Positions 36,763 to 49,620 of a stretch of DNA of 64,000 nt are shown one piece after another (position 1 is the stretch's first letter; every line of letters starts with the position of its first letter). The translations under genes were made by a program, and so were the position numbers. Origin of the DNA: Entomortierella parvispora E1425 (taxonomy: Eukaryota; Fungi; Mortierellomycota); assembly GCA_020891255.1 (NCBI GenBank), contig BQFW01000012.1, positions 806,001-870,000 of the forward strand, read 5' to 3'. The notes under the pieces were generated by a model, which was not told where the DNA came from, did not search any database, and was given only the letters and a program-made list of their open reading frames with translations.

Positions 36763-38708
36763 ATGCGTCTCTCCTCTGCTATTGCCCTCGTCGGCCTTGC
36801 TGCCACCTCCCTCTTTGCCGGTGTCAACGCCGAGGCTGAGGGTGAGAACTCTGATGTTCTCGTCTTGACCGAGAAGAACTTTGCCGCCACCGTCCCTGCC
36901 GAGAAGCTCATCCTCGTCGAGTTCTACGCCCCCTGGTGTGGACACTGCAAGGCTCTTGGTATGTGATGTGCCGATTCTCTTTGGTGTTTGCTTGCCCCTG
37001 GCCCTTACTACCGCTGTTCCTGCAGTCTACACATTTATTTTTGTGCCTGGGATAATAACACAGCAGGGGACAAATCAAATGGGTGAACAGTTACTTATGT
37101 TTTGTTTTCTTATTTTAATGTCTCAGCCCCCGAGTACGAGATCGCCGCCACTGAGCTCAAGGAGCATGGTATTCCAATTGCTAAGGTCGACTGCACAGTC
37201 GAGACTGATCTTTGCCAGGAGCACGGCGTTCAGGGCTACCCTACCTTGAAGGTCTTCAAGTAAGGATCACAGTGCCCAATTATCGTCATCAAAAGAGAAT
37301 GCTTAATGACAGACTTGCTGACCTCGTTTTTTCTTTCAATGAATACTAGGGACGGTGTCTACACCGACTACACTGGTCCTCGCAAGGCCGATGGTATTGT
37401 CAGCTACCTCAAGAAGCAGAGCTTGCCTGCTCTCTCCGAGATCACTGCCGAGTCCTTCCAGGATTTCGCCAAATCTGATAGAGTTGTCGTGATCGGTGTT
37501 CTCCCCAAGGATTCTAGGAGACGTGAGGCGCTCGATAGGGTCGCCAACCTCCTCCGTAATGAATACGTCTTTGGAGTTGTTGAGGAGAGCGAGGATATCA
37601 AGGAGCCTTCCGGCATCGTTCTTTTCAAGCAGTTCGATGAGGGCAAGAACGTTCTCGAGGGCGACTTTGATGAGGACTCTTTGGTCGATTTCGTCCGCGA
37701 GCACGGTACCCCCCTCATGGACGAGATTGGACCTGACAACTATGCCCAGTAAGGATCCTCGTGAAAAAGGTCTGTTTGGAAGACGATGTTGGGACTAACC
37801 GAAGGATCTGTTATTTGTGATCATTAATTAATAGCTACATGGACAGCGGTCTTCCTCTCGGCTATCTCTTTATTTCCTCGCCTGAGCACAAGGAAAAGTA
37901 CCGCGTTGAGGTCGAGGCTTTGGCCAAGGAGTTGAAGGGCAAGATGAACTTTGTTTACATTGATGCTGAGAAGTTTGGAGCTCACGCCGACAACTTGAAC
38001 CTCAAGGAGTCGTGGCCCGCTTTCGGTATCCAAAACGTGCAAACCGGCACCAAGTTCCCCTTGGATCAGGAGACTGACTTGACCGCGGAGAGGATCAGGG
38101 AGTTGGCCGAGAAGGTCTTGGATGGCTCCGCCGAGCCCTCGATCAAGTCTGAGGCTGTTCCCGAGACCAACGACGGTCCCGTTAAGGTTGTTGTCGCCAG
38201 CACCTATAATGATATTGTTGAGGATGACTCCAAGGATGTGTTGATCGAGTTCTATGCACCCTGGTGCGGCCACTGCAAGAACCTGGCCCCTATCTACGAG
38301 GAGGTCGGAGAGCTCTACAAGGGATCTGACATTGTTGTCGCCAAGATGGACGCCACTGCCAACGATCTCCCCGCTCACTTGCCCTTTGATGTCCAGGGTT
38401 TCCCCACAATCAAGTTCCGTAAGGCTGGATCTTCCGAGTACGTCGATTACGAGGGTGAGCGCACCAAGGCCGCATTTGTCGAGTTTTTGGATGCCAACGC
38501 TGTCAACAAGTTCAAGGTCGAGATTGCCGAGGACAAGACTGAGGCCAAGACTGAGGCCAAGACTGAGACCAAGACTGAGACCAAGACCGAGGACAAGACC
38601 GAGGCCAAGACCGAGGCCAAGACCGAGGACAAGACCGAGGACAAGACCGAGGACAAGACCGAGGACAAGACTGTCTCAGCTGATGATATCGAGCACGATG
38701 AGCTGTAA
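36763..38708 (+). CDS. PDI1: Protein disulfide isomerase (a-b-b'-a'), 4 exons, ER retention signal HDEL
   Basis: Signal peptide, two [11 protein letters not shown] active sites, GYPTL/GFPTI and a terminal HDEL. Confidence 0.97.
38535..38672 (+). repeat. Coding 12-bp tandem repeat (AAGACYGAGRMC) encoding KTE[A/T/D] x11 in the PDI tail
   Basis: Read directly from the sequence and its translation. Confidence 0.95.
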
Positions 38709-38922
38709 AAAAACTCCAAGCAGAAGAATCCCCCATTAGACTTGTACAGTAAAATTTCCTAGCTAAAAAAGACGTCAAGTTTTGCAATGCTCAAAGTCAA
38801 AGTCTCATCGTCCTTTGATGGTGGTGAACTACCAAGAGGCGCTACATACTTTGAATCAACAGAGTCTACATCAATGTCGAATGTCCACCAATTCTCTTTA
38901 TTTGGGAAAGCTATAAACTGTC

Positions 38923-40874
38923 TTATGCTTTGTTCATCTGAGGTTGCTGATGAAGATGTTGAGGTGGGGGAACATGATGCTGCTGCTGCTGCTGATGATG
39001 AGGGTGATGAGGGGGGCCAGCGCGGCCATAGCCCTGTCCATTGCCGCCTCCATAATGGTTCTGGAGCCCACCGTTATTGTTGTGGTTGTTGTTATGGTAA
39101 TGGTGGCCATTGTTGCCGTTGTTCTGATGATGGTGGTGATGGTGGCTATTGTTATTGTTGTTGTTGTACGAGTAAGGGTAGGCGCCGTTGTTCTGGGGAC
39201 CTCCCATGGGGTATCCAGCTCCGTTGTTATAATAACCATAGTGGTTGTTGCGTGCGGCATTTTCTGCTGAGCGGTCCTTGCCCCAGGAAAACTAAAAGAT
39301 GTGTCGGTGAGGAAGACAATCAGTTTACATGTCCATGGCGTATTCAATATTCCATTGAGGAACAAAAAGTCAGGTATCTCCTTGTAGAGCCGCACTAATT
39401 ACCTTGGCGAGGCGTCCATTGATCATAGTACCAGCCAAACGAACAATGGCAGTCGCGGCCTTTTCGTGTGTTTCCATTTTGACAAATGCAAAGCCGCGAT
39501 CTGCCTGTAATCTCATATCCACAACGAAGCCAAAGGGTTGGAAGAAGGGCATCAAGTCCTCCTGAGTTGTCTGAGGGGGCAGGTTGCCAATATACACCGT
39601 AGTGTTGAACTGAGGTGCTTGACCTGCAACCATTTTGAAGTTTCCATGGTGCATACCTAAAAGAGTAGAAAGTATGTTAGACTTGTGTTGTCAAAAAGTA
39701 CAAGCGAATATAACTGAAACATACCCTGGTGGTTGAAGGCTGGACCAGGCATGCCACGCTGGCTGGCCCAGTTGCAGCGAATAGGTCTGTTACCGAGAAC
39801 TTGTCCTGTCATGGACATGATTGCACGTTCAGCATCCTGTATACAATGTTTTTTTTGCCAGAGTTTGTTAGTGAGCCAGTCTGAGGTGCAGGGAGTAGTA
39901 TCGTGTCCTGACGCCATGTTATTCTTACAGCACGCTCCTTGAAAGCGGCAAATCCATATCCTCTAGACTTTCCAGAGTTGGCATCCCACATGACACGAGC
40001 ATCACTAAGGAGAAAAAGTATCGCAGCGTTAATTACAAGTTCGTCACGATCGGTCACCAACACGTTCAGTCGAGGTACATACGTCATGGTGCCAAACACG
40101 CCAAATGCCTTGCTCAGCGCCTCGTCGTTGATCTCGGGGCTGATATCGCCAATAAAGATGTGGTAGTGGGCTGTAAAGGACAGCACGAAAACAGGACGGC
40201 AGGGATGGTGAGTTACAAGAACAAAGATTCATGTCAGGAGACGTTGAGTCAAATTCTTACAAGCAGTGTCCTCCTTGCCCGCAACTTGTCCTGTGAAAGC
40301 CCAGTTGACCTTGATTTCCTATAAAGCCGGCAATAGTTTTAGTCTCTATTTTCAGCAGGTATTCCAAATAAAGACAGACGGCATTTCCCATTCAATTTAC
40401 ATGGGCGTAAATACGTCTTCCATTCAAGTTCTGAAGCGCCATTTCGGCTTCTTCGTGACTCGAATACTCAACAAAGCCATAGTTGAGGCCACCTTGGTGA
40501 GCAAACTATTTACAAAGAAAGATAAAATGCGTTTGTTTTATGATTGCAGAGAAGGCAGAGAAGCACAACACAAGGAATGGTGCAATGCTTACGTTCTTAT
40601 CACGAATGATTTTGACACTTTCGACTTGGCCTCCAGTCTGTGAAAAGATTTCCTGGAGTGCAACCTCGTTCACACCCTGATCCAAGTTACCGACATAGAG
40701 CGTTTTTGAGTTCTCGTCTGGCTGGAAAGCAGGTGCAGACGCACCTGAGCTGGAGCCGACAGATGCAGGTGCGTTCGGGTTTGAGGCGGAGGGACTGGCA
40801 GTAGCCATGCCTGAGGCAGGGGCGGAAGCGACCTGTTGGGACGCAGGGTCCTGATTTTGGGCAAATTGGTCCAT
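38923..40874 (-). CDS. PUB1: PUB1/TIA-1-like triple-RRM RNA-binding protein with an N/H/Q-rich C-terminal tail, multi-exon
   Basis: KTLYVGNLD, YHIFIGDISPE, DARVMWDANSGKSRGYGFAAF, GNRPIRCNWA and TTVYIGNLPP. Confidence 0.88.
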
Positions 40875-42009
40875 TGAGAAAGATATTCGACAGAGACGGA
40901 AAGAATGAAAGACAGCGACGGCACTGAAAACCAACAAACGAGAAAGGCACTGAGGGAGATAATAAAAAAGACACTGGAGGACCAGGCACGAGAGTTGTTA
41001 ATGAGAGATCTCAATGGGGTTACACGCGGTTCTGACGCGCTTCTGGGAAGGGGAATTAGCCTTCTCCTTGTTGGAGCTGAAGGGGGGTTCTCTCTCTCTC
41101 TCTTTCTCTGTTCCACCCTAATGCAAGCATATTGACGAATTCCCTCTGGAGACAGTAGGCATTGTCCAGTGCTGGCATCCATGGACGTAGTGTAAGCCAA
41201 GAGGAAGAGGTAGGAGGATGTGGCGTGGTTGTGGAGTGTGTGTTTACCTGAGGAAGTAAAAGAAAAAAAGAAAAAAAGAAAGAGAAAAGAACAGCGAGAC
41301 AGAGAGACAGACAGACGGCGATATCCTTTGTCCTTGTGCCCAGGTGATGAGAGGTTGAGTGATGAGAAGAAAGGAAGAAAAAGAAAAGAACCCATGCCAC
41401 TTTTGAACCCACTCTCCAACCATCGCTCCCATCCACGGCCGAGCACAGCCAGCCAGCCCGCTCAAGCGGGATTGCCTATGTCACCGATACCTTCTTTATC
41501 GCATATGCTAACAAATCTCCGGCTCTCAGTCCCTCTGTTGATCGGACATTCGCCCATCCCTTGTCCATCACATTGAATCCCGCGACCCGCTCCTGTCTCT
41601 TTCATCGCCCTCGGCAATCAGGATCCTCCTTGCATACCCCTTCGCCGAAACACCCTGCCCCTTGTATGTGCTCTATCTGTTCATCCCTCCATCCCTGCCC
41701 ATCTTGCTCGGAGCAGGACTGGATTCAGCCTTCTCGGATTTCGCTACCATCTCTAATCTCCGAACGCGAAGGCGATCTGACATGGATCTACTAAGCTGAT
41801 GGACTGACAACAGGATCACCAACAACATGATGAACTAATGGCGACTCCTTCTCTCATCTTTGTTCTCTTCTTATCCTTGTTTTCTACATCCGTTGACATT
41901 TTGCCATTGTCCGGATTCTATGTTCTGCGCTTGGTGTGCCTGAACCTTTATAAAGTCTTTCGGCTTTTCTCTCTCCACTCTTCCCGATCCACCTCACAGG
42001 AATATAACC

Positions 42010-42678
42010 ATGGCCACCTACCGTGAAGCATCATTGCCCACCGGCAAGTTCATTGACCCTACACCTGCCCCTGCAGAGTCTGCCCACCCCGAGGTTGGCG
42101 CTACTTCCGCTCCTTTGAAGTCGGCCGCTTTCTTCATTGGTGCTTACTGCAAGGATTACAACGAGGACTTTATGCTCTGCAAGAACGAGAACAATGACCC
42201 CGCCCACTGCTTGAAGGAGGGCCGCAAGGTTACCCGTTGCGCCATGGATCTGTACGTTGATCCTGTATCTTTCAATTGCTCTATGAGATGAGAGTTGGAT
42301 TTCTTGGAAAATCTTCCTAAATACCATTCTGTTTGATCTACTGAAATTTAGCATCACCAAGCTCCGTGAGAACTGCGAAAAGGAATGGGAGGCACATTAC
42401 ACTTGCTTGGAGAAGCACAACCAGGAGTACTATGCTTGCCGCAAGCCCGAGAGAACTTTGAACGAGTGTGTCTTTTCTAAATTGGTAAGAAGCAGGACAT
42501 GATCGACTACCAAATCGTGCTCCAGATTTCACAAAGACCTAAATTCATTGAAAAGAGTCATCATTAACGTCAAGGATCCATTTTCAAAATCATAATTCCA
42601 TTTTAGAAATTGGAGAAGGTCATCCCTGAGGCATCAGGTACCCCTATCCATCTCCGTGAGAAGACCATCTACAACTAG
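42010..42678 (+). CDS. NDUFA8: NADH:ubiquinone oxidoreductase subunit NDUFA8, 3 exons
   Basis: EVGATSAPLKSAAFFIGAYCKDYNEDFMLCK..DPAHCLKEGRKVTRC twin CX9C pattern; stop at 42678. Confidence 0.92.
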
Positions 42679-42933
42679 ATCCGCTATTTCACTTGATAGC
42701 AAATCCTTAAAAATATCAGGCGACCCTCTGGAACCGTGTTGAGGACAGCATCTGCAGATTCAGACATACTTCGCGCACGGAAGGTCGACAGAAAAGAAAG
42801 AAAAAAAAGAATACGCTTCAATTCCATTCATTTTATTCAGGAATAAACGGAAAGGCTAGAACATCGACGCGTCTCCAAGCAGAGCTCTGTTTTGAAAAAA
42901 ATAAAAGCACTTACTAGATCACAAAAACCGCGG

Positions 42934-42969
42934 AGTGGAGTGCACAGTGGAGTGCACAGTGGTGTGCAC
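42934..42969 (+). repeat. Three tandem 12-bp copies of AGTGG(A/T)GTGCAC
   Basis: Read directly from the sequence. Confidence 0.85.
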
Positions 42970-43358
42970 AGATCAGACATTCGTATCAAACATTAAGGGT
43001 CCAATTTCATTTCGAAATTGAAAATAGTTACCACAGGCAGTGGGGGAGCCTCGGCAAAGACTGCAGGTGCAATCTTCAAGTCTGTCTGCCTCTTCACCTT
43101 CTGGGGGAAGGATTGCTCCTAGCTACCAGCGAACAGCGCAGATGGTCCCCCATTGATACGGAGAGACCCAATGCGGACGATGGATTGGATCGTTAGTAAT
43201 TTGTGATCGAGTGGCGTCCGGTTCGTGTACGTGGCAATAGGAGGTGTGCAAGTGGAAGGGGAAGGAAGAAGGAAGAAGGAAGCAGTGAAGATAAAGGTGC
43301 GCACGACCCGGATGGTTCTTTCCACTTCTGGCCATTGCCGAGAGGCTGTCCAGATGCC

Positions 43359-43367
43359 ACAATCGCG
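43359..43367 (+). repeat. Left target-site duplication ACAATCGCG
   Basis: Identical to 49621-49629. Confidence 0.95.
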
Positions 43368-43920
43368 TAGTCTCGTCACCATCCCCTCCGCCGGTTCACA
43401 GGAGAGTCACAAGTGCTGACGCACCTGCCTTTTTAGGCAGCTCTCACTGAAAACCTCTAGAGGGGCTGGTCGGCAAGTAAGGTTTCCACTATGACCCTGC
43501 AGAGCTCTGTCAAAAAAATAACGGCAAAGTCGAAAAACAGCTCAGTTTTGCTCATCCTCCCTTCATCATTCACCTCATCTCGCACCATTAATCTATGGTC
43601 GCCTTGCCATTCCACTCCCATTCCCCTCCCATTCCCCTGTTTCCATCGCAATCTTCCACTCTCAGTGCGTTCTCGCTCTCTTGACGACCTTCATACAAAG
43701 CGCCTCCGCCGTTCCCCGTCTCTCAGGTTATTTGTTTTCGCTGAGAAAAGTGCTCCAGGTACGCCTTCATGGACACGAATATATGAACTAGCACGCTCTG
43801 GCCATGGAAACTAACAGCTATTCCCTCTTCTACACCAAAAGCCCAGTCCTCAATTGATCCCCCCGCTCTTCAATTGATCCCTCCGTCCTCATATCCCGTC
43901 CAATTGGTATCACGCTAGTA
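43368..43920 (+). repeat. Left terminal inverted repeat (553 bp)
   Basis: Reverse complement of 49068-49620. The ORF track shows mirrored identical ORFs (43491-43814 / 49174-49497), and coordinate sums are constant at 92988, so there are no indels. Confidence 0.97.
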
Positions 43921-43941
43921 AAGTTCGCGATTTTTTCGCGT

Positions 43942-46454
43942 TTGATGAAAAAAATCATTGTTCTAACGGCCGATATCAGTTCTCCCGTCCTGTTGACAGC
44001 CCCCCCCCCCCACGATAAAAAAATATGGTCACATCTCTTCATCGTCGCATTCCCCCGAAGCCAGTGGGTCAAACAACCAAAGGAGAGGCCTGTCTCTGAG
44101 GACCAAGGCAAAAATCTCGTTGCTATTCTAGAGTATATCAGAGATTGCGGGCTTTCGTTTGGTTCGTTCATTGAAGCCTGTCTCAATTCAGATGACATTG
44201 TGGTGAAAAGAAAAAGTTGATCACTTCCTCGCACATGGATGCCCCGCCCGTTGCTTCGATATCTGGAAGGACAGCATCAAGAAGGACCATTCTAAAACTC
44301 TATTGACTTCTGCCATGGATTTCGTGCTGAAGTTCGCACGGCCAGAAATCGAACGAGCCAGCCATACCATGAATATTGGGCTCCCTGCCACTGCAGTAAC
44401 CGGGGAAGCTCTGGAACAGTTCCGCCTCGAAAATATCCTGCGAGAAATGGAGGGGCATGCCCCCATATCCCTAGCCTTGCTGCGTGGTCTCATAAACGAC
44501 AAGAGGCTTTCACCTTTCGAACCAGAAATCCCCGCCGTCCCTGTAGTCGCCAGTGTCGTCCTCAGGACGTGGAATAGACGGGCAAATTTCCTCCAAGGTA
44601 TCTTCAGTCTCTACTTTTATAGCCAGGGTGCTACAAAGTCGTTGGTCAGTGTTCTCCAAAGAGCTGGACTCAGCAATAGCTTTGACTGGATTATGGAGGG
44701 CTTGGATCATCTGACCACGGCACATTTAGAAAAAATCCAGTCAATTTTGAAGGACAGGAAACAACCGTTCATGATTGTGTACGATAACATCAACATGGCA
44801 TTTCGGCGCTACAATCAGAGAACGACAAACAAAGATTCATTCGAAAATGGTGCCACAGCGACGGCAATTCTCACTTCTGAGATGCCTGCTGTTGAAGGGG
44901 TGCAAGATGCCACGAGGCATATACGTGCCTCCGATTTGTACCCCTCCAAAGAACAGGACAGTCATTTGAAGGAAACATACCGTTATCATCTGATTGAGGC
45001 GCTGCGAAGACGAGGAACCATATCTCTCAAAAACCCTATTCCTGAGCCAGTCAAGAACAAACTCAAAGTGGAGAGAACCAAAGCTTACCCACTTCCATCC
45101 ATGCACATTGACCAGTCAACCGTGGAAGGCAACAGGGATATTCTTGACAAGATCATGAAGGTGCTTCAGCTTTCGCCAGAGACTTTCTTTGATCAGACGC
45201 GTCTTGTTGTTGCAGGAGATCAACTCACCTTGGCCAGAATACGAAGTGTAGCAAGATTACGATGGGATGAGGACTTGGCGTACTACCGTGTGGAATGGGC
45301 AATCCCTGTCCTTCAACTTTTTCATCTTCAGATGGTTCTGGCATCAACAATTTTGAAGACGCACTGGGGCACTCGAACAACACCTGGATCGCTCAGCTCC
45401 TTCGTCGCGGCCTTGGAAAAAAAGCGGATCAGCCCAGACAAGTCTAGTTTCCATGATCTTGATGAATTTCTTCGCCATGTTTTTGATGCCATAGTCTTGC
45501 TCATTTGGGAAATCAAGCTCAAGAGTGAAGAGGAATTGTCCAGCAAGTCCTCCGGACAGATGCCTCACTCATCAATGGATGTCATGGATAAGGTTGACGG
45601 TATCATCGGCCAATATTTGACAGCAACAGGCCTTGGTGGCATGGCAAATCAGCAGTCAGTCAACGCCGCGTTGTTCATTCGGGACATGCTGTTCTACATT
45701 GAGCTGGGATCAGCGATCAAAGCAGGGGATATAGGGCGAATTCTGGAGATGATCCGATGGCTTACCTTGACCTTTCAAGCTGGAGGCAATAGAAACTACG
45801 CAAATGAGCTTCTACGACTTCACTGTGGCCTCTTTTATTCTTGGAAGACAGAGGATAGGAATACCATATTATCCTCGATGCTAGTTAATACTACTGGACA
45901 ACCAAACAGATGGATACCCACCGACCTTTATCAAGAGCACAACAATCTTCTTACAAAAATCAGACACGCGGCAAAAGTCCAGCAATCTGAACTGGGGTAT
46001 TTTAGAGAAAAAAATTGCGCCAAACGTTCGCACGTTCCAGGAGATTGCGAGGACGGTCGAGAAAATGTTCAAAACGCCTCATTGTGGAACCAACCACTCA
46101 GCTCCATCCTCTGTGGCGGACATCGATATAATTAAGCAGCGGTGCATCGAGGCTGGCTTTTTCACGCATGACGATATATCTCCTGATCTTGTGGTTCCTG
46201 CTGTGAGAGATCTTTTGGCAGAGGGACGCAATAATATTGTAGATAAGCGTCGAATTGCTGTTTTCAAGAAATGCTGTGGTCGCTATTGTAATGAAGACGC
46301 TGGTGAGATGGATGTCGAGATGGAGGAGGAGGAGGAAGATGCTGAGATGGACGAGGAACGCCCTACAATTGCTGATGATGAAGCACTAGAGTTTCCTGAA
46401 TTCGACATCTCACAATTCGACCTGGACGAGTTCGTTGAAAATAACTTTTGTTAA
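43942..46454 (+). CDS. Academ/DUF6589-type DDE transposase, broken by two +1 frameshifts (near 44211-44215 and 45973-45976)
   Basis: IVYDNINM, VAGDQLT, LFHLQM, GGNRNYANELL and WIPTDLYQEHNN motifs. Adjacent frames continue seamlessly across the breaks (VKRK-VDHFLAHG; AAK-SSNLNWGILEKKIAPNV). The true start is uncertain. Confidence 0.82.
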
Positions 46455-47035
46455 ATAAAGCAGCACCTCCCTGCAATGTACATCTAACCGCAGAGCCACA
46501 CGGCGCCCCTGCCGACAAGTATCTGTCCATTGGATTGGGACCACTCTGTGGTGTACTTCGGTTCTCATTTTTTTTCGAGGTCGGCGCACATTTTTGGAAC
46601 CGTGGTTCTAGTGATTTTTTTTTTCCGGAAATTTTTCTCGGTCCATTGCTTTGATCGTACGCAGCCTGAGCTGAAATACAGATCCCTCTCCTCTCTTTTG
46701 CTTCCAATCCTCCAAGGGATGTCACTGGTGTTGGTGACATTGTTTTCTCATACTACTCTTTGAGGTCTCTGTTTTCTTGTTTCGACCCTTCTCAGCCTCA
46801 ATAAATTGGTCCAGGGAAAAAATGAAGAAAAAAAATTGAGTGAGAGCAGTGAACCAGTTCGGCGCACTGGCTTTTTTTCTTTTGAGAGACGCAGTGCACC
46901 GGTTCTCTTTTTCGCCCAGTCCCAGTCCCCTTGCCCAACTGCAACGTTTGTGCAGGCTGCCGGTAGTATACCTCCACCTCCTCGACTTTCATGAGCGAGG
47001 TTTTTTTATTTCTATTTGAAGTGCTGTTATAGTTG

Positions 47036-49068
47036 TCACCGCTTCAGAGCAGAGGGGCCGAAATGTTGAATAATTGATATTGTAGGAGGCGTGGAAGTAT
47101 TGTCTTGAACTTGATTGCTTCTCTGTGGTGATGGCGGAAGAAAATATTGGATTACCTTGAGTTCCTTTTGTTTAGACGAAGGGTTGTTCTCTGTTGCTGT
47201 TCCTCCCTTTTTTCGTATCGCCTTCGTTTTTTTTGGAGGTGTTTTCGGGGGTTTAAGCAGCAATTGCGTGAGATTTTTGCTTTCCTTGACTTGTTGCGGT
47301 GGAAGGTTTTGATCAATCTGCCGCTGGCCATAGCCGTCCTGCAGCGAATGAATCTCCATTTCATCTTCACTTATTAGTTGGTCTGACTGTTGCTGGTCGC
47401 GACTGGCTGTGGAAACGACTTGCATTTCCTGCTGATCCGTTGTGGCACTGATCAAAGGAGGAATTTGAAAAGATGGGGCCATTCCAAATTGCCGCCGTCG
47501 CTCCTTTTCTTGGCGATTTTTTTTTCCTTCTCGTCCTTCTCCTCCAAGAATTGCTTGCCCAAACCCATGATGATCTCTAGCACCTGGCTTGGATATGTTT
47601 CATTCAGTGGGTCCCAGTATAGCATGTCGATTGATCTGGCAGCAATTATACTCTTGTACTTCTTGACGGTCTTGTTTAACATGTAGTCGGTCATGACCGT
47701 TTGTTCTGTGTCGTGCATGCGGCCCTTAAAGTGCAAGTCATACATATTATCCCTCCATACTATCAGCGCATTCCGGACTTGTTCCGCCTCATTCTTATCC
47801 CATTTCTCTCGTTTCGATGCCTTGTCTGCTGGCTGAATTGTTGACGACTCGTCCTTGTCATCAGCTTCATCCGGATTGCAGATATTGCAGCACACGTCCG
47901 TAACTGGGACGTGCTCGTTCCCGTAGTAATCGTTAAAATACTTTCGGATACATCCAGGAGAGTTCGCTAGGTCAATAAGGTCTTTAAGATCTTGCTGAAC
48001 GGGATCTTTTTTTTTGGGGGTAACTTTTGGTGCCGATTTTGGGACCAAAAATATACCGTATCCTTGGATTGTGCCGTCCCTTGCAGCTCGTCCAAATCGC
48101 TGAAAAAGACAATTTATATCCCGAGGGTAGCCATACTGGACAACACGAGCGATATCCCTAATGTCACATCCCATACCTGCGGCTTCCGTTGCTAGCAAAA
48201 TAGGATATTTGCCTTCACGGAACTCCTTCATGCGACGATTCTTGAGATCATCGGTTTTGAAACCATGATACACCCGAACTTGTTCTTGGCCGAACCAAGT
48301 GCGTAGAAGGTGTCCAGCTTGCTCTGCTAAATCCCGGTTGTCGAAATAAACGATGGTCTTGGCCTTGTCCTTCAAGAAAAGGAGATCTTTAAATGATGAT
48401 ACGGCCTCCTTAAATGAAGTGACCTTGTACATGATATTGGGTCGATCGTTACCGATGTTGATGATAGTCGGGTTCATCATGTCCAGTGATAGTATTGTAG
48501 TCTTCAAAATTGATCTGGGAAGTGTAGCCGAGGCAGCTATGAAAGGTGCTCGATTGTTTAGCCTGTAGCGCAACTTAGCAAGCTCCCCAAAAGCGTGGCG
48601 AAATGACGATCCCCAGGCGTGGATGCAATGGGCTTCATCAACAACAACAGCGCGTATGCTTTCAGCCCATTTGCTGTTTTCCCAAAGACCCTTTAATCGT
48701 TTGGATTCAAGAAGCATCTCTGGAGATAGAAAAATTGCCCGATATCCACCTTGGAGGACTTTGGAGGCGTTGATATCCTTATCATCCTCCGTGATACTGA
48801 CACATTCGATGTTGAGATTCTTGAGCTTGTCTCTTTGTTCGATGCCAAGAGCCTTAAGAGGTGTTATTACAAGGATGGCAGCGTCACTCCACAGAAATAG
48901 TGGAAGAGTGAAGGCCAGAGTTTTTCCCCAACCTGTGGGGGCAATTAAGACGCAATCTCTCCGATCAATAATGGATCGGAGAACGTCCAATTGCTCGGGC
49001 TTGGGGATGACGCCGAGTTTGTCTTCGCAGACACTTATGACGCGATCAGTATCAGACAAAGGAGGCAT
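47036..49068 (-). CDS. RecQ-like superfamily 2 helicase of the transposon (main ORF 49068-47452, probably extending to 47036 across a frameshift in the T9 run at 47517-47525)
   Basis: APTGWGKT (Walker A), VVDEAHC (DEAH), ASAT, ATEAAGMGCD and QRFGRAARDG motifs, plus a RecQ Zn-binding-like CIRKYFNDYY...CCNIC. Confidence 0.9.
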
Positions 49069-49620
49069 ACTAGCGTGATACCAATTGGACGGGATATGAG
49101 GACGGAGGGATCAATTGAAGAGCGGGGGGATCAATTGAGGACTGGGCTTTTGGTGTAGAAGAGGGAATAGCTGTTAGTTTCCATGGCCAGAGCGTGCTAG
49201 TTCATATATTCGTGTCCATGAAGGCGTACCTGGAGCACTTTTCTCAGCGAAAACAAATAACCTGAGAGACGGGGAACGGCGGAGGCGCTTTGTATGAAGG
49301 TCGTCAAGAGAGCGAGAACGCACTGAGAGTGGAAGATTGCGATGGAAACAGGGGAATGGGAGGGGAATGGGAGTGGAATGGCAAGGCGACCATAGATTAA
49401 TGGTGCGAGATGAGGTGAATGATGAAGGGAGGATGAGCAAAACTGAGCTGTTTTTCGACTTTGCCGTTATTTTTTTGACAGAGCTCTGCAGGGTCATAGT
49501 GGAAACCTTACTTGCCGACCAGCCCCTCTAGAGGTTTTCAGTGAGAGCTGCCTAAAAAGGCAGGTGCGTCAGCACTTGTGACTCTCCTGTGAACCGGCGG
49601 AGGGGATGGTGACGAGACTA
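49068..49620 (-). repeat. Right terminal inverted repeat (553 bp)
   Basis: Reverse complement of 43368-43920. Confidence 0.97.

Larger units (their letters stand above)
43368..49620. mobile_element. Full-length AcademH-type DNA transposon (6253 bp) with transposase and RecQ-like helicase genes
   Basis: 553-bp TIRs starting TAG and ending CTA, an exact 9-bp TSD ACAATCGCG on both sides, and two convergent genes of the expected types. Confidence 0.92.

Noticed and set aside
38447-38787. Repetitive ORFs (RPRLRPRT..., SVLSSVL..., SCPRSWP...) near 38254-38787
   Set aside because: Alternative-frame readings of the PDI 12-bp coding repeat. The region is not a CRISPR array because there are no unique spacers.
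43457-43814. Identical small ORFs at 43457-43814 and 49174-49531
   Set aside because: Simply mirror images from the TIRs, with no protein-like features.
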